A DNA stretch of 64,000 nt from an uncultured Arenicella sp. (GCA_937973905.1 CALJJR010000028.1:11675-75674); one strand, 5' to 3'. Numbered from the stretch's first letter, positions 49,122 to 59,829 are shown. The notes: generated by a model from the sequence alone, not told the origin. Made by a program: numbers and translations.

Positions 49122-50270
49122 ATGAGCAAACAAGTCGTCATCAGCGGTTCTGCCGTATGGCATCCAGAATCAATTCTCACTAATGAAGAACTCGTGGGTG
49201 CTTATAACGCCTATGCGGAAAAATTCAACCTAACCAACGCAGCCGCAATCGAAAGCGGTGATGTCCTAGCGGTGCCTCTATCTTCTGCTGAATTTATTGA
49301 GAAAGCTTCGGGTATTAAACAGCGTTATATTTACAAGAAAGATGGCGTTCTGGATGTCGATCGCATGCGTCCCATCATTGAAGAGCGTGGAGAAGAAGAA
49401 ATCTCTCACCAAGCTGAGTTCGCTATTAACGCAGCGAAATTGGCGCTAACAGATGCGAACAAATCTGCGGCGCATATCGACGCCGTTATCGTCAGTTGTG
49501 CATATACCGAACGCTCTTATCCAGCTATCGCTATCGAAGTGCAAGATGCACTCGGCATTGAGGGTTTTGGGTTTGATATGTTGGTTGCTTGTTCTGCCGC
49601 GACTTTTGCGATGCAGCGCGCCTATGAAATGATTAGCTCCGGAACCGCACGCGCAGTATTAATTATTAACCCAGAACTAACCTCGCCACAGGTCAATTAC
49701 CGTGACCGCGATGGTCATTTTATTTTTGGCGACGTGGCTACGGCAGTTGTCATGGAAGCCGATACTACCTGTGTGGCGGAGCACAGCTATGAGGTCCTTG
49801 GAACCAAGGCGATTACCAAGTATTCCAGTAATATCCGCTCAAATTTTGGTTATGTTTCACATGCCAAAGATGATGATCCTTTTTCCGATGCGAATCTGTT
49901 TCACCAAAACGGTCGCAGCGTATTTAAAGATGTTTGCCCTATGGCCGCGCAACACATTGCAGACCACCTTGAAGAGCACGGTTTCACACCGCAAGACCTG
50001 ACTCGCTGGTGGCTGCATCAAGCGAATATCAATATGAATTTATTGATCAGCAAACGACTGCTAGGGCGCGATGCAACAAGAGAAGAAGCACCGATTGTGT
50101 TAGACGAATATGCCAACACGGCATCAGCAGGTTCGATTATTGCGTTTTCCCTTAATCACCGAGACTTAAAAGTTGGCGATGTAGGCGTGATTTGCTCGTT
50201 TGGCGCCGGCTATTCGATTGGCAGCTTAGTGATACGTAAACGCAAGATCGCCAGTGCCAAAGTAGCCTAG
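49122..50270 (+). CDS. Beta-ketoacyl-ACP synthase III, PA3286 type (long-chain primer FabH)
   Basis: FIEKASGI, YPAIAIEVQ, DMLVACS, FIFGD, GRSVFKDVCP, WLHQAN, YANTASAG, FGAGYSIG. Start refined to MSKQV. Confidence 0.9.
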   Translation: MSKQVVISGSAVWHPESILTNEELVGAYNAYAEKFNLTNAAAIESGDVLAVPLSSAEFIEKASGIKQRYIYKKDGVLDVDRMRPIIEERGEEEISHQAEFAINAAKLALTDANKSAAHIDAVIVSCAYTERSYPAIAIEVQDALGIEGFGFDMLVACSAATFAMQRAYEMISSGTARAVLIINPELTSPQVNYRDRDGHFIFGDVATAVVMEADTTCVAEHSYEVLGTKAITKYSSNIRSNFGYVSHAKDDDPFSDANLFHQNGRSVFKDVCPMAAQHIADHLEEHGFTPQDLTRWWLHQANINMNLLISKRLLGRDATREEAPIVLDEYANTASAGSIIAFSLNHRDLKVGDVGVICSFGAGYSIGSLVIRKRKIASAKVA

Positions 50271-50284
50271 CGCTTCTAGAGCTA

Positions 50285-51622
50285 CTACAAAATATACCGA
50301 GCGTAGTCTTCGTTCTCGGCGAGCTCGTCGAGGTGTTCATTCACGTAAGCTTGATCGATTGTCACATTATCTCCACCGCGATCACTGGCCTCAAACGACA
50401 CCGTTTCCAAAAGCCGTTCCAGCATTGTGTGCAAACGCCTAGCGCCGATGTTTTCGGTACTCTCGTTTACTTGCCAAGCCAATTCTGCAATCCGGCGGAT
50501 GCCATTTTCAGTGAAAGTGAGACTGAGGTCTTCAGTGCCCATTAACGCGGCATACTGCTCGGTGAGCGACGCATCAGGTTCAGTCAAAATGCGGGTAAAA
50601 TCATCAACCGTTAGCGCCGCAAGCTCGACCCTAATAGGCATACGCCCCTGCAATTCTGGGATCAGATCTGAGGGTTTTGAAAGTTGAAACGCGCCTGACC
50701 CAATAAACAAAATGTGGTCAGTCTTGACCATGCCGTACTTGGTTGAAATAGTGCTGCCTTCAACCAGGGGCAGCAAGTCACGCTGAACGCCCTCCCTGGA
50801 AACGTCTGGGCTCTTGCCGCCCTCAGACCGACCTACAATTTTGTCGATCTCGTCGATAAACACAATGCCGTTATTCTCGAGTCGTTCGATCGCATTGAGC
50901 TTTAACTCTTCTTCATTAAGGAGTTTGTTGGCTTCTTCTTCGGTGAGAACCTTGAGTGCTTCCTTAATCGGCAACTTTCGAGTTTGCTTTTTGTCGCCGC
51001 CCATATTCTTCATCATGCCTTGCAGTTGATTGGTTAGTTCTTCCATACCTTGGGGCCCAAAGATCTCTACCCCCATATTCATGGCGGCTACTTCAACTTC
51101 AATTTCTTTGTCGTCCAGATCACCTTCGCGCAACTTTTTTCGAAAACGTTGCCGGGCGGCTCCATCTGTCGAGTTTGTTTCGGTGGTAAAGCCAACATCT
51201 CTGGCCGGCGGAAGCAAAATATCAAGAACACGTTCTTCGGCGGCGTCTTCTGCGCGCATTTGAACCTTCTTCATTTCGGTTTCGCGCTGCCCCTTTACCG
51301 CCACGTCGGCGAGATCGCGAATAATTGAATCGACCTCACGGCCAACATAGCCAACCTCTGTAAACTTTGTAGCCTCAACTTTAATGAAAGGCGCATCGGC
51401 TAAATTGGCAAGGCGTCTAGCAATCTCAGTCTTGCCCACGCCCGTAGGACCAATCATTAAAATATTTTTGGGTGTGATCTCAGCGCGCAGAAAATCATCG
51501 GCTACTTGGGTTCTACGCCAGCGGTTTCTCAAAGCAATTGCAACTGCGCGCTTCGCGTCAGCCTGACCAATGATGTGCTTATCGAGCTCTTGAACGATCT
51601 CGCGTGGGGTCATGGTGCTCAT
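50285..51622 (-). CDS. hslU: ATP-dependent protease ATPase subunit HslU
   Basis: [36 protein letters not shown]. Start refined. Confidence 0.97.
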   Translation of the reverse strand: MSTMTPREIVQELDKHIIGQADAKRAVAIALRNRWRRTQVADDFLRAEITPKNILMIGPTGVGKTEIARRLANLADAPFIKVEATKFTEVGYVGREVDSIIRDLADVAVKGQRETEMKKVQMRAEDAAEERVLDILLPPARDVGFTTETNSTDGAARQRFRKKLREGDLDDKEIEVEVAAMNMGVEIFGPQGMEELTNQLQGMMKNMGGDKKQTRKLPIKEALKVLTEEEANKLLNEEELKLNAIERLENNGIVFIDEIDKIVGRSEGGKSPDVSREGVQRDLLPLVEGSTISTKYGMVKTDHILFIGSGAFQLSKPSDLIPELQGRMPIRVELAALTVDDFTRILTEPDASLTEQYAALMGTEDLSLTFTENGIRRIAELAWQVNESTENIGARRLHTMLERLLETVSFEASDRGGDNVTIDQAYVNEHLDELAENEDYARYIL

Positions 51623-52170
51623 GTTAGATCTAACTCTTCGATGGTCAAATTGTGGTTGGTGTAAATACAAATATCGGCCGCGATATTGAGCGACTTCTCA
51701 ACAATGTCCTTGGCGGATAACTCGGTATTGTTGTACAGCGCTCGTGCGGCGGATTCGGCAAACGAACCACCGGAACCTATTGCCATCACGCCACCTTCTG
51801 GCTCAATAACATCGCCGGTACCTGAAATCACATAAGAAGCCTCTTTATCAGCTACGCACAGCAAAGCTTCAAGTTTTCGCAGCATGCGATCAGTACGCCA
51901 CTCTTTAGCTAACTCAACCGCTGCCTTAGTCAGAATGCCCTGGTGTTTTGCTAACTTGGCATCAAACAACTCAAAAAGAGTAAAAGCGTCGGCGGTGCTG
52001 CCTGCGAACCCAGCTATAACTGAACCTTTATGCAGCCGGCGCACCTTACAGGCATTTCCTTTCATGACGGTATTGCCCATAGAAACCTGACCGTCACCGC
52101 CAATCACGACCTGGTCGGCTCGGCGAACCGAGAGAATGGTGGTACCACGAAATTTAGGTAATTCTGACAT
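51619..52170 (-). CDS. hslV: ATP-dependent protease peptidase subunit HslV
   Basis: TTILSVRR after a short propeptide, [18 protein letters not shown]. Confidence 0.97.
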   Translation of the reverse strand: MSELPKFRGTTILSVRRADQVVIGGDGQVSMGNTVMKGNACKVRRLHKGSVIAGFAGSTADAFTLFELFDAKLAKHQGILTKAAVELAKEWRTDRMLRKLEALLCVADKEASYVISGTGDVIEPEGGVMAIGSGGSFAESAARALYNNTELSAKDIVEKSLNIAADICIYTNHNLTIEELDLT

Positions 52171-52240
52171 AAGAAATCAGCTTTTGTTCGCCGCTAGTGT
52201 TGTAATTGCGGGCACGGGTTAGAGACTAAATGGATGGTGT

Positions 52241-52672
52241 TTACTTGATGATTTTCAAGTGTGGCCCGCCTTTTGGTTTAGTCGGCCCTTCACCCTCTTT
52301 TTCTTTGCTTGCCGGCTCAGACGTGACAGCGGCTAATGTTGGCTCTGGGTCATGGCCATCATCATCGATATCTTCGAAGAAAATGCCTTGTGAATTTTCA
52401 CGGGCGAATATGGCCAAGATAGAATCAATCGGTAAAAAGATATCTTGCTCTATGCCAGAAAATCGCGCAGAAAAGCTCAAGCAGTCGTTATCCATAACAT
52501 GCAGCTGAACCGCGCTGGAACTAATATTGAGCACAATCTGCCCATCCACAACATGTTTGAGCGGAACTTCTACACCTGCCGCTTCGGCGTTCACCAACAC
52601 CTGAGGAGTGAAACCGTTGTCTTCAGCCCACTCGAAAATGGCTCGCAGCAAATAAGGCTTAGTCGAGCTCAT
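52241..52672 (-). CDS. sspB: ClpXP adaptor SspB
   Basis: KPYLLRA, DGQIVLNIS, ARFSG, ARENSQG, C-terminal PHLKIIK. Confidence 0.95.
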   Translation of the reverse strand: MSSTKPYLLRAIFEWAEDNGFTPQVLVNAEAAGVEVPLKHVVDGQIVLNISSSAVQLHVMDNDCLSFSARFSGIEQDIFLPIDSILAIFARENSQGIFFEDIDDDGHDPEPTLAAVTSEPASKEKEGEGPTKPKGGPHLKIIK

Positions 52673-52723
52673 GGTAATTCAATTTGTAAAGGTAGTAGCT
52701 CCGTCGCATGACGGCGATATAGA

Positions 52724-53353
52724 CTAGAAACCGCGTAGGTCTCGCTCTGTATCACTAAGGCTAGCTTGAAAAGCGTCTCGCGCAAACAAGCGTTCCGCGT
52801 AGTCTTCAACGACTTGTGCTTGCTTAGGCAAGGTGATGTTCAGGTTGGGCAAACGCCACAAGAGTGGAGCAAGGATGACATCGACTAAGGTGTATTCTTC
52901 GCCCATGGCGTAGTCTTGCTCGCTGAACAAAGGAGAGATGGCAATCAATCCATCGCGCAAAACTTTATGTGCTTCTTTGTCTTTGCGATCTTCTTGCAGT
53001 GCCGATATTGATCCAAACCAGTCACGCTTCAAACGCATCAACATGAGTCGTTGCTTGGCGCGTGACACCGGGTCGACGGGCATTAATGGCGGGTGCGGTA
53101 AGCGCTCATCCAGATACTCATTAATGATAAATGCATCATAAAGAATCAGATCACGATCAACCAAGGTAGGCGTTTCGTAATATGGATTGAATTCAGCCAA
53201 TTCTTGGCATGTATCTGAAGGGTCGGTATAGACCACTTCGCATTCAATATCTTTTTCTTGCAAAACGATACGACAGGCGTGACTCAGCACGCAATCAGTG
53301 CCGGAATACAAGGTCATAATTGAGCGGCGAGTCGCTAAAGCATCTAGGTTCAT
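52724..53353 (-). CDS. sspA: Stringent starvation protein A
   Basis: RSIMTLYS, NPY, PTLVDRDL, EYLDERLPHPPLMPVDPVSRA. Confidence 0.95.
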   Translation of the reverse strand: MNLDALATRRSIMTLYSGTDCVLSHACRIVLQEKDIECEVVYTDPSDTCQELAEFNPYYETPTLVDRDLILYDAFIINEYLDERLPHPPLMPVDPVSRAKQRLMLMRLKRDWFGSISALQEDRKDKEAHKVLRDGLIAISPLFSEQDYAMGEEYTLVDVILAPLLWRLPNLNITLPKQAQVVEDYAERLFARDAFQASLSDTERDLRGF

Positions 53354-53383
53354 AACGGTGGACTATGTTTGTGAATGGAGGGC

Positions 53384-53434
53384 AAAAAACACAACGGCGG
53401 CACGATCTTATTAGAATCGATCGCCGCCGATTGT
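53384..53434 (-). terminator. Intrinsic terminator after petC
   Basis: Minus-strand hairpin ACAATCGGCGGCGATCGAT...ATCGTGCCGCCGTTGT followed by GTTTTTT. Confidence 0.7.
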
Positions 53435-53444
53435 TTCGACCTAT

Positions 53445-54242
53445 TTAATGGACGTCGCGCCAGTACTCTTTCTTGAGTAGATAGCAAAGCCCCATAAGAA
53501 TAATTAGAAAAGTAAGCGTGTAAACACCTATTGCTTTGCGCTTAAGCTGCACTGGTTCAGCTAAGTAAACCAAAAACGCGGTCAAATCCATCATCGCTTT
53601 GTCAAACTCAGCAGGAGACAACATGCCTTGGTGAACGAGCTCAAATTTAGCATCGCCCACGACGGTATATGCATCGCTTTGGTCTCCAGCATCAGCCGCG
53701 TGAGCATCCATGGCGTGAAGCTCATCCGCGTCCATTTTGCCCATCAACCGCTGCACACCCTGCAACTCAAATAGTGCATGCGGCATGGCCACGTTTTCGA
53801 ACAAGGAGTTATTCCAACCACTTGGAGAAGACTCGTCTTGATAAAACGCGCGTAGGTAGGTGTAAACCCAGTTTGGTTTACGCACTCGCGACACCAACGA
53901 AAGATCAGGAGGTGCAACACCAAACCATTTCTTGGCATCTTCCACTGGCATGGTTGTTTGCATCAAATCACCCTCTTTCTCAGTGGTGAACATCAAATTC
54001 TGCTTGAGTAAGGCGAGAGGGATTTCCAAATCTTCAGCAACCCGATTGTAACGAGCGTAGGAAGCGCTGTGACAAGACAAGCAATAATTCACAAACAGCT
54101 TGGCGCCGTTTTGCAAAGACTGCTTGTCATTCATGTTTAACGGCACTGCATCAAGAACTGCTCCGCTACCACCGGCCGCCATGACACTGCCAGATGACAA
54201 GAACAGCAGAGTAACGAACAAATTTTTCATTAGTTTCATCAT
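53445..54242 (-). CDS. petC: Cytochrome c1
   Basis: Signal peptide, CLSCH heme motif, PPDLSL, MPH, C-terminal TM and KKEYW. Start refined (RBS GGAG). Confidence 0.96.
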   Translation of the reverse strand: MMKLMKNLFVTLLFLSSGSVMAAGGSGAVLDAVPLNMNDKQSLQNGAKLFVNYCLSCHSASYARYNRVAEDLEIPLALLKQNLMFTTEKEGDLMQTTMPVEDAKKWFGVAPPDLSLVSRVRKPNWVYTYLRAFYQDESSPSGWNNSLFENVAMPHALFELQGVQRLMGKMDADELHAMDAHAADAGDQSDAYTVVGDAKFELVHQGMLSPAEFDKAMMDLTAFLVYLAEPVQLKRKAIGVYTLTFLIILMGLCYLLKKEYWRDVH

Positions 54243-54252
54243 CAGCTCCCCG

Positions 54253-55527
54253 TTAATGCGCGTCGGAGGTAACCCGATCGGGCACCGGTTTGGTTTTCCC
54301 AATGCTAGTAAACCACGGCATCAGAATAAAGAAAGCAAAGTAGATAATTGAACAAACTTGCGCCAACAAGGTGCGCGCTGGTGTTGGTGAGTTCATGCCT
54401 AAGTAGCCCAAGACAAAAAACGCGATCAGGAACAATACCAGTGCGAGCTTAAACGGTGCACTGCGATAGCGAATCGACTTAACGGGCGATCGATCTAACC
54501 AAGGCAATAAGAAGAACACTGCGATTGCTAGGCCCATAAAAACAACACCCCAAACCTTCGCATCAATCCAGAAGAAGTTGAAGGTGTTGGCACGCAAAAT
54601 GGAGTAGTACGGAGTGAAATACCAAAGGGGCACAATGTCAGGTGGCGTTTGCAACGGATTGGCCGGCGCAAAATTATCTTTCTCCAAGAAGATTCCGCCG
54701 AAGTCTGGCGCAAAGAAAACGATGCCTAGATAGATGATCAAGAAACCGCACACACCTACAAGGTCTTTAACAACGTAGTAAGGGTGAAAGGCAACTCCAT
54801 CTAAAGGCTTGCCGTCCTCGTCGACATGCTCGTAAATATCGATCCCATCAGGGTTGTTCGAGCCGACTTGGTGAAGAGCCACCAAGTGCAAGAACACTAA
54901 GAACACGAGAATCAGAGGCAACAGGATTACGTGGAACGCGAAAAAGCGATTCAACGTAGCATCTGAGATTACGAAATCGCCACGAATCCACTCAGTTAAA
55001 ATTGGGCCAAAATACGGTATGACATCAAACAAGCTGATGATTACCTGTGCGCCCCAATAAGACATATTGCCCCATGGCAACAGATAGCCCATGAAGGCCT
55101 CAGCCATCAATGCGACGAAAATCACGCAACCGATCAGCCATACCAACTCACGGGGCTCACGATGCGACCCATAGATCAAGCCGCGGAACATGTGCAAGTA
55201 GACAATCACAAAGAATGCCGACGCTCCGGTGGAGTGCATGTAGCGGACTAGCCAGCCAAAGGGTACATCTCGCATGATGTACTCGACTGAGGCGAACGCC
55301 AGCTCGGCATCCGGTTTGTAGTGCATGGTCAGAAAAATTCCAGTCAGAATTTGAATGACCAGCATCAGCATTGCTAACGATCCAAAAAAATACCAAAAAT
55401 TAAGGTTTTTGGCTGCCATGTATTCAGCCAAATGCTCATTCCAAACTTTGGTGACCGGTAAACGTCGGTCAATCCATTCCATGAACGCATTCGCGCTCTG
55501 GTGGTTGTCGTGACGATGAATAGCCAT
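54253..55527 (-). CDS. petB: Cytochrome b
   Basis: YFFGS, RYMHSTGAS, HMFRG, GYLLPWGNMSYWG, TLNRFFAFH, Qo motif PLWY. Confidence 0.97.
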   Translation of the reverse strand: MAIHRHDNHQSANAFMEWIDRRLPVTKVWNEHLAEYMAAKNLNFWYFFGSLAMLMLVIQILTGIFLTMHYKPDAELAFASVEYIMRDVPFGWLVRYMHSTGASAFFVIVYLHMFRGLIYGSHREPRELVWLIGCVIFVALMAEAFMGYLLPWGNMSYWGAQVIISLFDVIPYFGPILTEWIRGDFVISDATLNRFFAFHVILLPLILVFLVFLHLVALHQVGSNNPDGIDIYEHVDEDGKPLDGVAFHPYYVVKDLVGVCGFLIIYLGIVFFAPDFGGIFLEKDNFAPANPLQTPPDIVPLWYFTPYYSILRANTFNFFWIDAKVWGVVFMGLAIAVFFLLPWLDRSPVKSIRYRSAPFKLALVLFLIAFFVLGYLGMNSPTPARTLLAQVCSIIYFAFFILMPWFTSIGKTKPVPDRVTSDAH

Positions 55528-56162
55528 TATGCAGTTCTCCCGTCGTCTTCGCCGATCGTGATGACATCACCATCATACTTATATGGCGGCACCGGCATAT
55601 TGGAGGTGGCCGGGACATTTTTATACACGCGCCCTGAAAGATCGAATTTAGAACCGTGACAAGGACAGAAAAAACCACCTTGTGAGTCTTCGCCCATCTC
55701 TGGATCGGGACCAATCGCGAGCTTTTCGACTGGCGAGCAACCTAGATGAGTACAAATCCCTTCCATAACCAGCATCTCTGGTTTAGCGGCATCAGCACGT
55801 GCATCATTTTGTGCATACACTGGCTGCACACTATCCAATGATGTCGGGTCAGCAAGACTCGGTTCGATTTTTTCTAGCCCGGCTATCATTTCTGGCGTGC
55901 GTTTGAGCAGCACAACGGGCTTGCCGCGCCACTCGACTTTGACCATTTGGCCATTTTCGATACGCGAAAAGTCGTATTGAACGGGCGCACCCGCATTTTT
56001 AGCACGCTCACTTGGAGTCATACTAAGCACAAACGGTGTGACCGCTACCGCGCCACCCACGGCACCAAAACCGGCTGTGATACCGGTCAAAAACCGGCGC
56101 CGTTTGGCGTCTTCCAGACTCGACTCGTTCGAGACCTGGTCATTTTCATGATGGTCAGTCAT
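55527..56162 (-). CDS. petA: Rieske iron-sulfur subunit of the bc1 complex
   Basis: Tat motif RRRFL, WRGKPV, CTHLGC, CPCHGS. Start refined to MTDHH. Confidence 0.96.
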   Translation of the reverse strand: MTDHHENDQVSNESSLEDAKRRRFLTGITAGFGAVGGAVAVTPFVLSMTPSERAKNAGAPVQYDFSRIENGQMVKVEWRGKPVVLLKRTPEMIAGLEKIEPSLADPTSLDSVQPVYAQNDARADAAKPEMLVMEGICTHLGCSPVEKLAIGPDPEMGEDSQGGFFCPCHGSKFDLSGRVYKNVPATSNMPVPPYKYDGDVITIGEDDGRTA

Positions 56163-56384
56163 AGGTTCTCCCAATTAACCATTTTGAAAGGCTGTAGAAG
56201 GTAAATTTTCGGCTTGTTAGCGACATCAGCAATCAGTGCCGCGGTCATTTTCGCCAGTGAAGCCCTATTAGAGTGGGCTTTTTTGAACCAGCAATAGCGA
56301 GCATTTCAACTTGCCCAGACCTATTCGCTTGGTCGGGCGCGATTGTACCAGATGTGTCAACCCTTGGGTGTCAATTATAGCGTC

Positions 56385-58394
56385 TTAACCAAGAAGTGCG
56401 CGCATTGCGGCCAAATGCGTTTCGCTGACTTCTTCGCGTTTATTCGGATCATTTGCGAGTTTTTCTTCCCATACGATATGTTGCGGGTCCAACTCATCGA
56501 GAAACCGACTTGGGGTGCAATCAATTTTCTCACCAAAACGAATGCGACTATTAGCGTAAGAGAGCGTGAGTTCATGCTGCGCACGTGTGATGCCGACATA
56601 AAAAAGCCGCCGCTCTTCTTCGACCATATCATCCTCAATGCTTGTGCGATGCGGCAATATCTCTTCTTCCATGCCAACAATAGTAACGTGGGGAAATTCC
56701 AAACCCTTGGCTGCGTGAAGTGTCATCAGCGACACGACGTTATCGTCCTGATCATCATCGCCTTTTTCCAAAATACCCATCAAACTAATTGCACTAACCA
56801 CGTCTTCCAAGGTTTTGTCTTCGCTCTTATTAGCAATCGAGCGTATCCACTTAAGCAATTCTTCAACATTTCGCCAGCGCATCTCAGCTTGCTCTGGGCT
56901 GGCGCTCTGCTTAACAAGCCACGATTGGTAATCAATTTCATCGAGCATCTGCTCCACAGTTTTTCCTGGAGATTGATGCTCTGACTGCTCCATCAGCGCG
57001 TTGAGCCAATGCGCAAATTGCTTTACCGCACCCTGCCGACTTGGCGACAAATGTGCTTGTAAATGGCTGCTATCAATCGCATGGAACAAGTTACCTTTCT
57101 CTCCCTTGGCCACTTCCGCCAATGCTTCTAAGGTCGACGCTCCAATCCCTCTTCTGGGAGTATTGATAGCACGAATAAAAGCGTTGTCATCGGCCGGATT
57201 AGTCAACAACCGTAGATACGCCATCACATCTTTGATTTCAGAGCGCTCAAAAAATGACAAGCCCCCGCTCAGATAGTACGGAATATGCATTTCGCGGAGC
57301 TTTTGTTCGAGAATTCGCGACTGATGATTGCCTCGATAAAGTATCGCGTAGTCGGCGTATGGTCGCTGATGCTGAAAACGATGATGCATCAATCCCGCGA
57401 CCACTTTTTCAGCTTCACGCTCTTCGTTCTCAGCCGTGATGACTGTGATGGGGTCGCCATAGCCGAGCTCGCTCCATAAACGCTTCTCGAACGGGCGAGG
57501 ATTGTTTTGAATAACGTGGTTGGCGAGCTCGAGGATGCGCCCCATGGAGCGATAATTCTGCTCCAACTTGACCAGATTGAGCGCAGTAAAATCTGTTTGC
57601 AGCTGCACGAGATTTTCTGGTTGGGCACCGCGCCAAGCATAGATCGACTGATCATCATCACCCACCGCAGTGAGCCCATTACCATCACTTCCGGCCACCA
57701 AGGTTTTGACCAAGCGATATTGTGCAGCATTGGTATCTTGATACTCATCAACAAGCAGGTACTGCACGCGGTCTTGCCATTTGCTACGAATATGATCGAA
57801 TTTACGTAAAACTTCATTGGGCAAATACAGTAAATCGTCCAAATCGACCGCATTGCAAGCTTGCAGATACCTTTCATACTCGCCATAGATTCTGGCTGCC
57901 GCCACTTCGGTTGGGTTGGTCATTGCCAACCGTTCGGCCATCTCTGGGGAAACCAACTCATTCTTCCAACTTGAAATTTGATTGCGCACTCGATCAACAA
58001 TGCCATTGTCATCAAGATCAGCGCGCAATAAGTCGCGAACCACAAATAGGGAGTCAGCGGGGTCAAAAATCGAAAACCCCGCCTTACGGCCAGTCGCCTT
58101 CACTTCTTGACGCAAAATGGTCATTCCAAGACTGTGGAATGTGGATATCGTGAGCCCTTTGGTGCGCTCCGCGCCTAATAATTCACTCACCCGTTCCTTC
58201 ATTTCACGCGCCGCCTTATTGGTGAAGGTAACGGCGAAAATATTGCGTGGATCCACGCCTTCTTTCTCAAGCAACCAAGCGATTTTGTAAGTGATCACTC
58301 TGGTTTTGCCACTGCCAGCACCAGCCAGCACCAACATAGGGCGTGAGCAATCCGTAACAGCTTCACGCTGCTGATGATTTAGCTGCTGGAACAC
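56385..58394 (-). CDS. rep: ATP-dependent DNA helicase Rep (UvrD/Rep family)
   Basis: LAGAGSGKT, TFTNKAA, DEYQD, VGDDDQSIY, LEQNYRS, YRGNHQS, HAAKGLE. Length and short C-terminus are Rep-like. Confidence 0.88.
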   Translation of the reverse strand: MFQQLNHQQREAVTDCSRPMLVLAGAGSGKTRVITYKIAWLLEKEGVDPRNIFAVTFTNKAAREMKERVSELLGAERTKGLTISTFHSLGMTILRQEVKATGRKAGFSIFDPADSLFVVRDLLRADLDDNGIVDRVRNQISSWKNELVSPEMAERLAMTNPTEVAAARIYGEYERYLQACNAVDLDDLLYLPNEVLRKFDHIRSKWQDRVQYLLVDEYQDTNAAQYRLVKTLVAGSDGNGLTAVGDDDQSIYAWRGAQPENLVQLQTDFTALNLVKLEQNYRSMGRILELANHVIQNNPRPFEKRLWSELGYGDPITVITAENEEREAEKVVAGLMHHRFQHQRPYADYAILYRGNHQSRILEQKLREMHIPYYLSGGLSFFERSEIKDVMAYLRLLTNPADDNAFIRAINTPRRGIGASTLEALAEVAKGEKGNLFHAIDSSHLQAHLSPSRQGAVKQFAHWLNALMEQSEHQSPGKTVEQMLDEIDYQSWLVKQSASPEQAEMRWRNVEELLKWIRSIANKSEDKTLEDVVSAISLMGILEKGDDDQDDNVVSLMTLHAAKGLEFPHVTIVGMEEEILPHRTSIEDDMVEEERRLFYVGITRAQHELTLSYANSRIRFGEKIDCTPSRFLDELDPQHIVWEEKLANDPNKREEVSETHLAAMRALLG

Positions 58395-58524
58395 AAAGAA
58401 AACGGCACAAGGGAAAGTGGCTGAATTTTACGGGCGTGGCAACAGGATTGAAAGCGAAACCGTCAACCAAGCCTCAAACTCTTTGTTCCTAATCCACTAG
58501 ATTCCTTGGTGGCAGCCGAAGAGA

Positions 58525-59820
58525 CTATTTCAAACGATACTCAGCGGAGCGCGCGTGTGCCGTTAAAGACTCTCCGCGTGCTAACACGGAAGCCTGTTCT
58601 GCCATCGCACTCGCTCCCTGTGCTGAGGCCTTAATAATGCTTGTGCGTTTTTGAAAATCATAAACACCCAAGGGTGAACTAAAGCGTGCCGTACCTGATG
58701 TCGGTAACACATGATTTGGCCCCGCGCAGTAATCGCCAAGCGACTCAGCGCTATGCTGGCCAATAAATATAGCACCCGCGTGTTTAATATCAGCCGCCAG
58801 TTGATCAGCATCGGCGGTGAATATTTCCAAATGCTCGGCGGCAATAACGTCGGCAATCTCGACAAGTTCCGAAGCGTGTTCAACTTCAATGATCGCACCA
58901 TTCTTTTTCAGTGACGCGGCGATTATTTCATGGCGTTCCATTTGCGGCAGCAAGTTGTTGATTGAATCGACTACAGCATCAGCAAATGCAGAATCAGCGG
59001 TCAGCAAAATGGCTTGCGCTTGCTCGTCGTGTTCAGCTTGAGCAAATAAATCCATAGCCACCCAGTCTGGATTTACCGAGGAGTCGGCAATGATTAGCAC
59101 CTCTGATGGCCCTGCAATCATATCGATACCAACTTTACCGAAAACCTGTTGCTTGGCCGTGGCAACCCAGGCGTTGCCGGGCCCGGTTATTTTATCCACC
59201 GCCGGAATGCTTTGAGTACCATAAGCCAGCGCCGCAACCGCTTGGGCTCCGCCGATGCGGAATACTCTATCAACCCCAGCGATAGCGGCGGCAGCGAGTA
59301 CCATTGCGTTGCTCTCTCCATCAGGTGTTGGAGTCACCATAATCAATTCTTCAACGCCAGCGACCTTGGCCGGAAGCGCATTCATCAAAACTGACGAGGG
59401 ATAGGCTGCTTTACCGCCTGGGACATATAAGCCTACTTTTTGCAGTGGCGTGATTTTTTGCCCCAACAAAGTGCCATCCGCTTCGCTGTACTGCCATGAC
59501 TCCTGTCTTTGCTTGAGGTGATAATCACGAATACGCTGCGCAGCGTATTCCAACGCTTCGCGTTGCTTTGCATCGATTGTCTTTAAGGCTGCTTGAAGCT
59601 TCTCGTTGTCAATTTCAACACCCAAACTACCTAAGTCGCACCGATCAAACTGAAGCGTGAACTCTGCAAGTGCAAGATCGCCCCGCACTCGTACTTCATT
59701 GATAATCTTGGCAACTTGCGCCTGAATTTCCGCCTGCCGGGAATCGTCACCATCTCGCTGTAACAAAGCGCATAACGAAGCCTTAAAATTTGAATCTTTG
59801 CTTTGTAACCGAGTCAGCAT
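58525..59820 (-). CDS. hisD: Histidinol dehydrogenase
   Basis: [39 protein letters not shown]. Confidence 0.97.
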   Translation of the reverse strand: MLTRLQSKDSNFKASLCALLQRDGDDSRQAEIQAQVAKIINEVRVRGDLALAEFTLQFDRCDLGSLGVEIDNEKLQAALKTIDAKQREALEYAAQRIRDYHLKQRQESWQYSEADGTLLGQKITPLQKVGLYVPGGKAAYPSSVLMNALPAKVAGVEELIMVTPTPDGESNAMVLAAAAIAGVDRVFRIGGAQAVAALAYGTQSIPAVDKITGPGNAWVATAKQQVFGKVGIDMIAGPSEVLIIADSSVNPDWVAMDLFAQAEHDEQAQAILLTADSAFADAVVDSINNLLPQMERHEIIAASLKKNGAIIEVEHASELVEIADVIAAEHLEIFTADADQLAADIKHAGAIFIGQHSAESLGDYCAGPNHVLPTSGTARFSSPLGVYDFQKRTSIIKASAQGASAMAEQASVLARGESLTAHARSAEYRLK

Positions 59821-59829
59821 TGTTCAACG

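Noticed and set aside
48522-49163. 213-aa minus-strand ORF spanning the KS intergenic region
   Set aside because: Overlaps both ketosynthase genes in other frames and has no protein-like features.
52144-52170. N-terminal extension before the HslV catalytic Thr
   Set aside because: Short propeptides are common in HslV homologues.
56343-56984. 213-aa plus-strand ORF
   Set aside because: Antisense shadow of rep.
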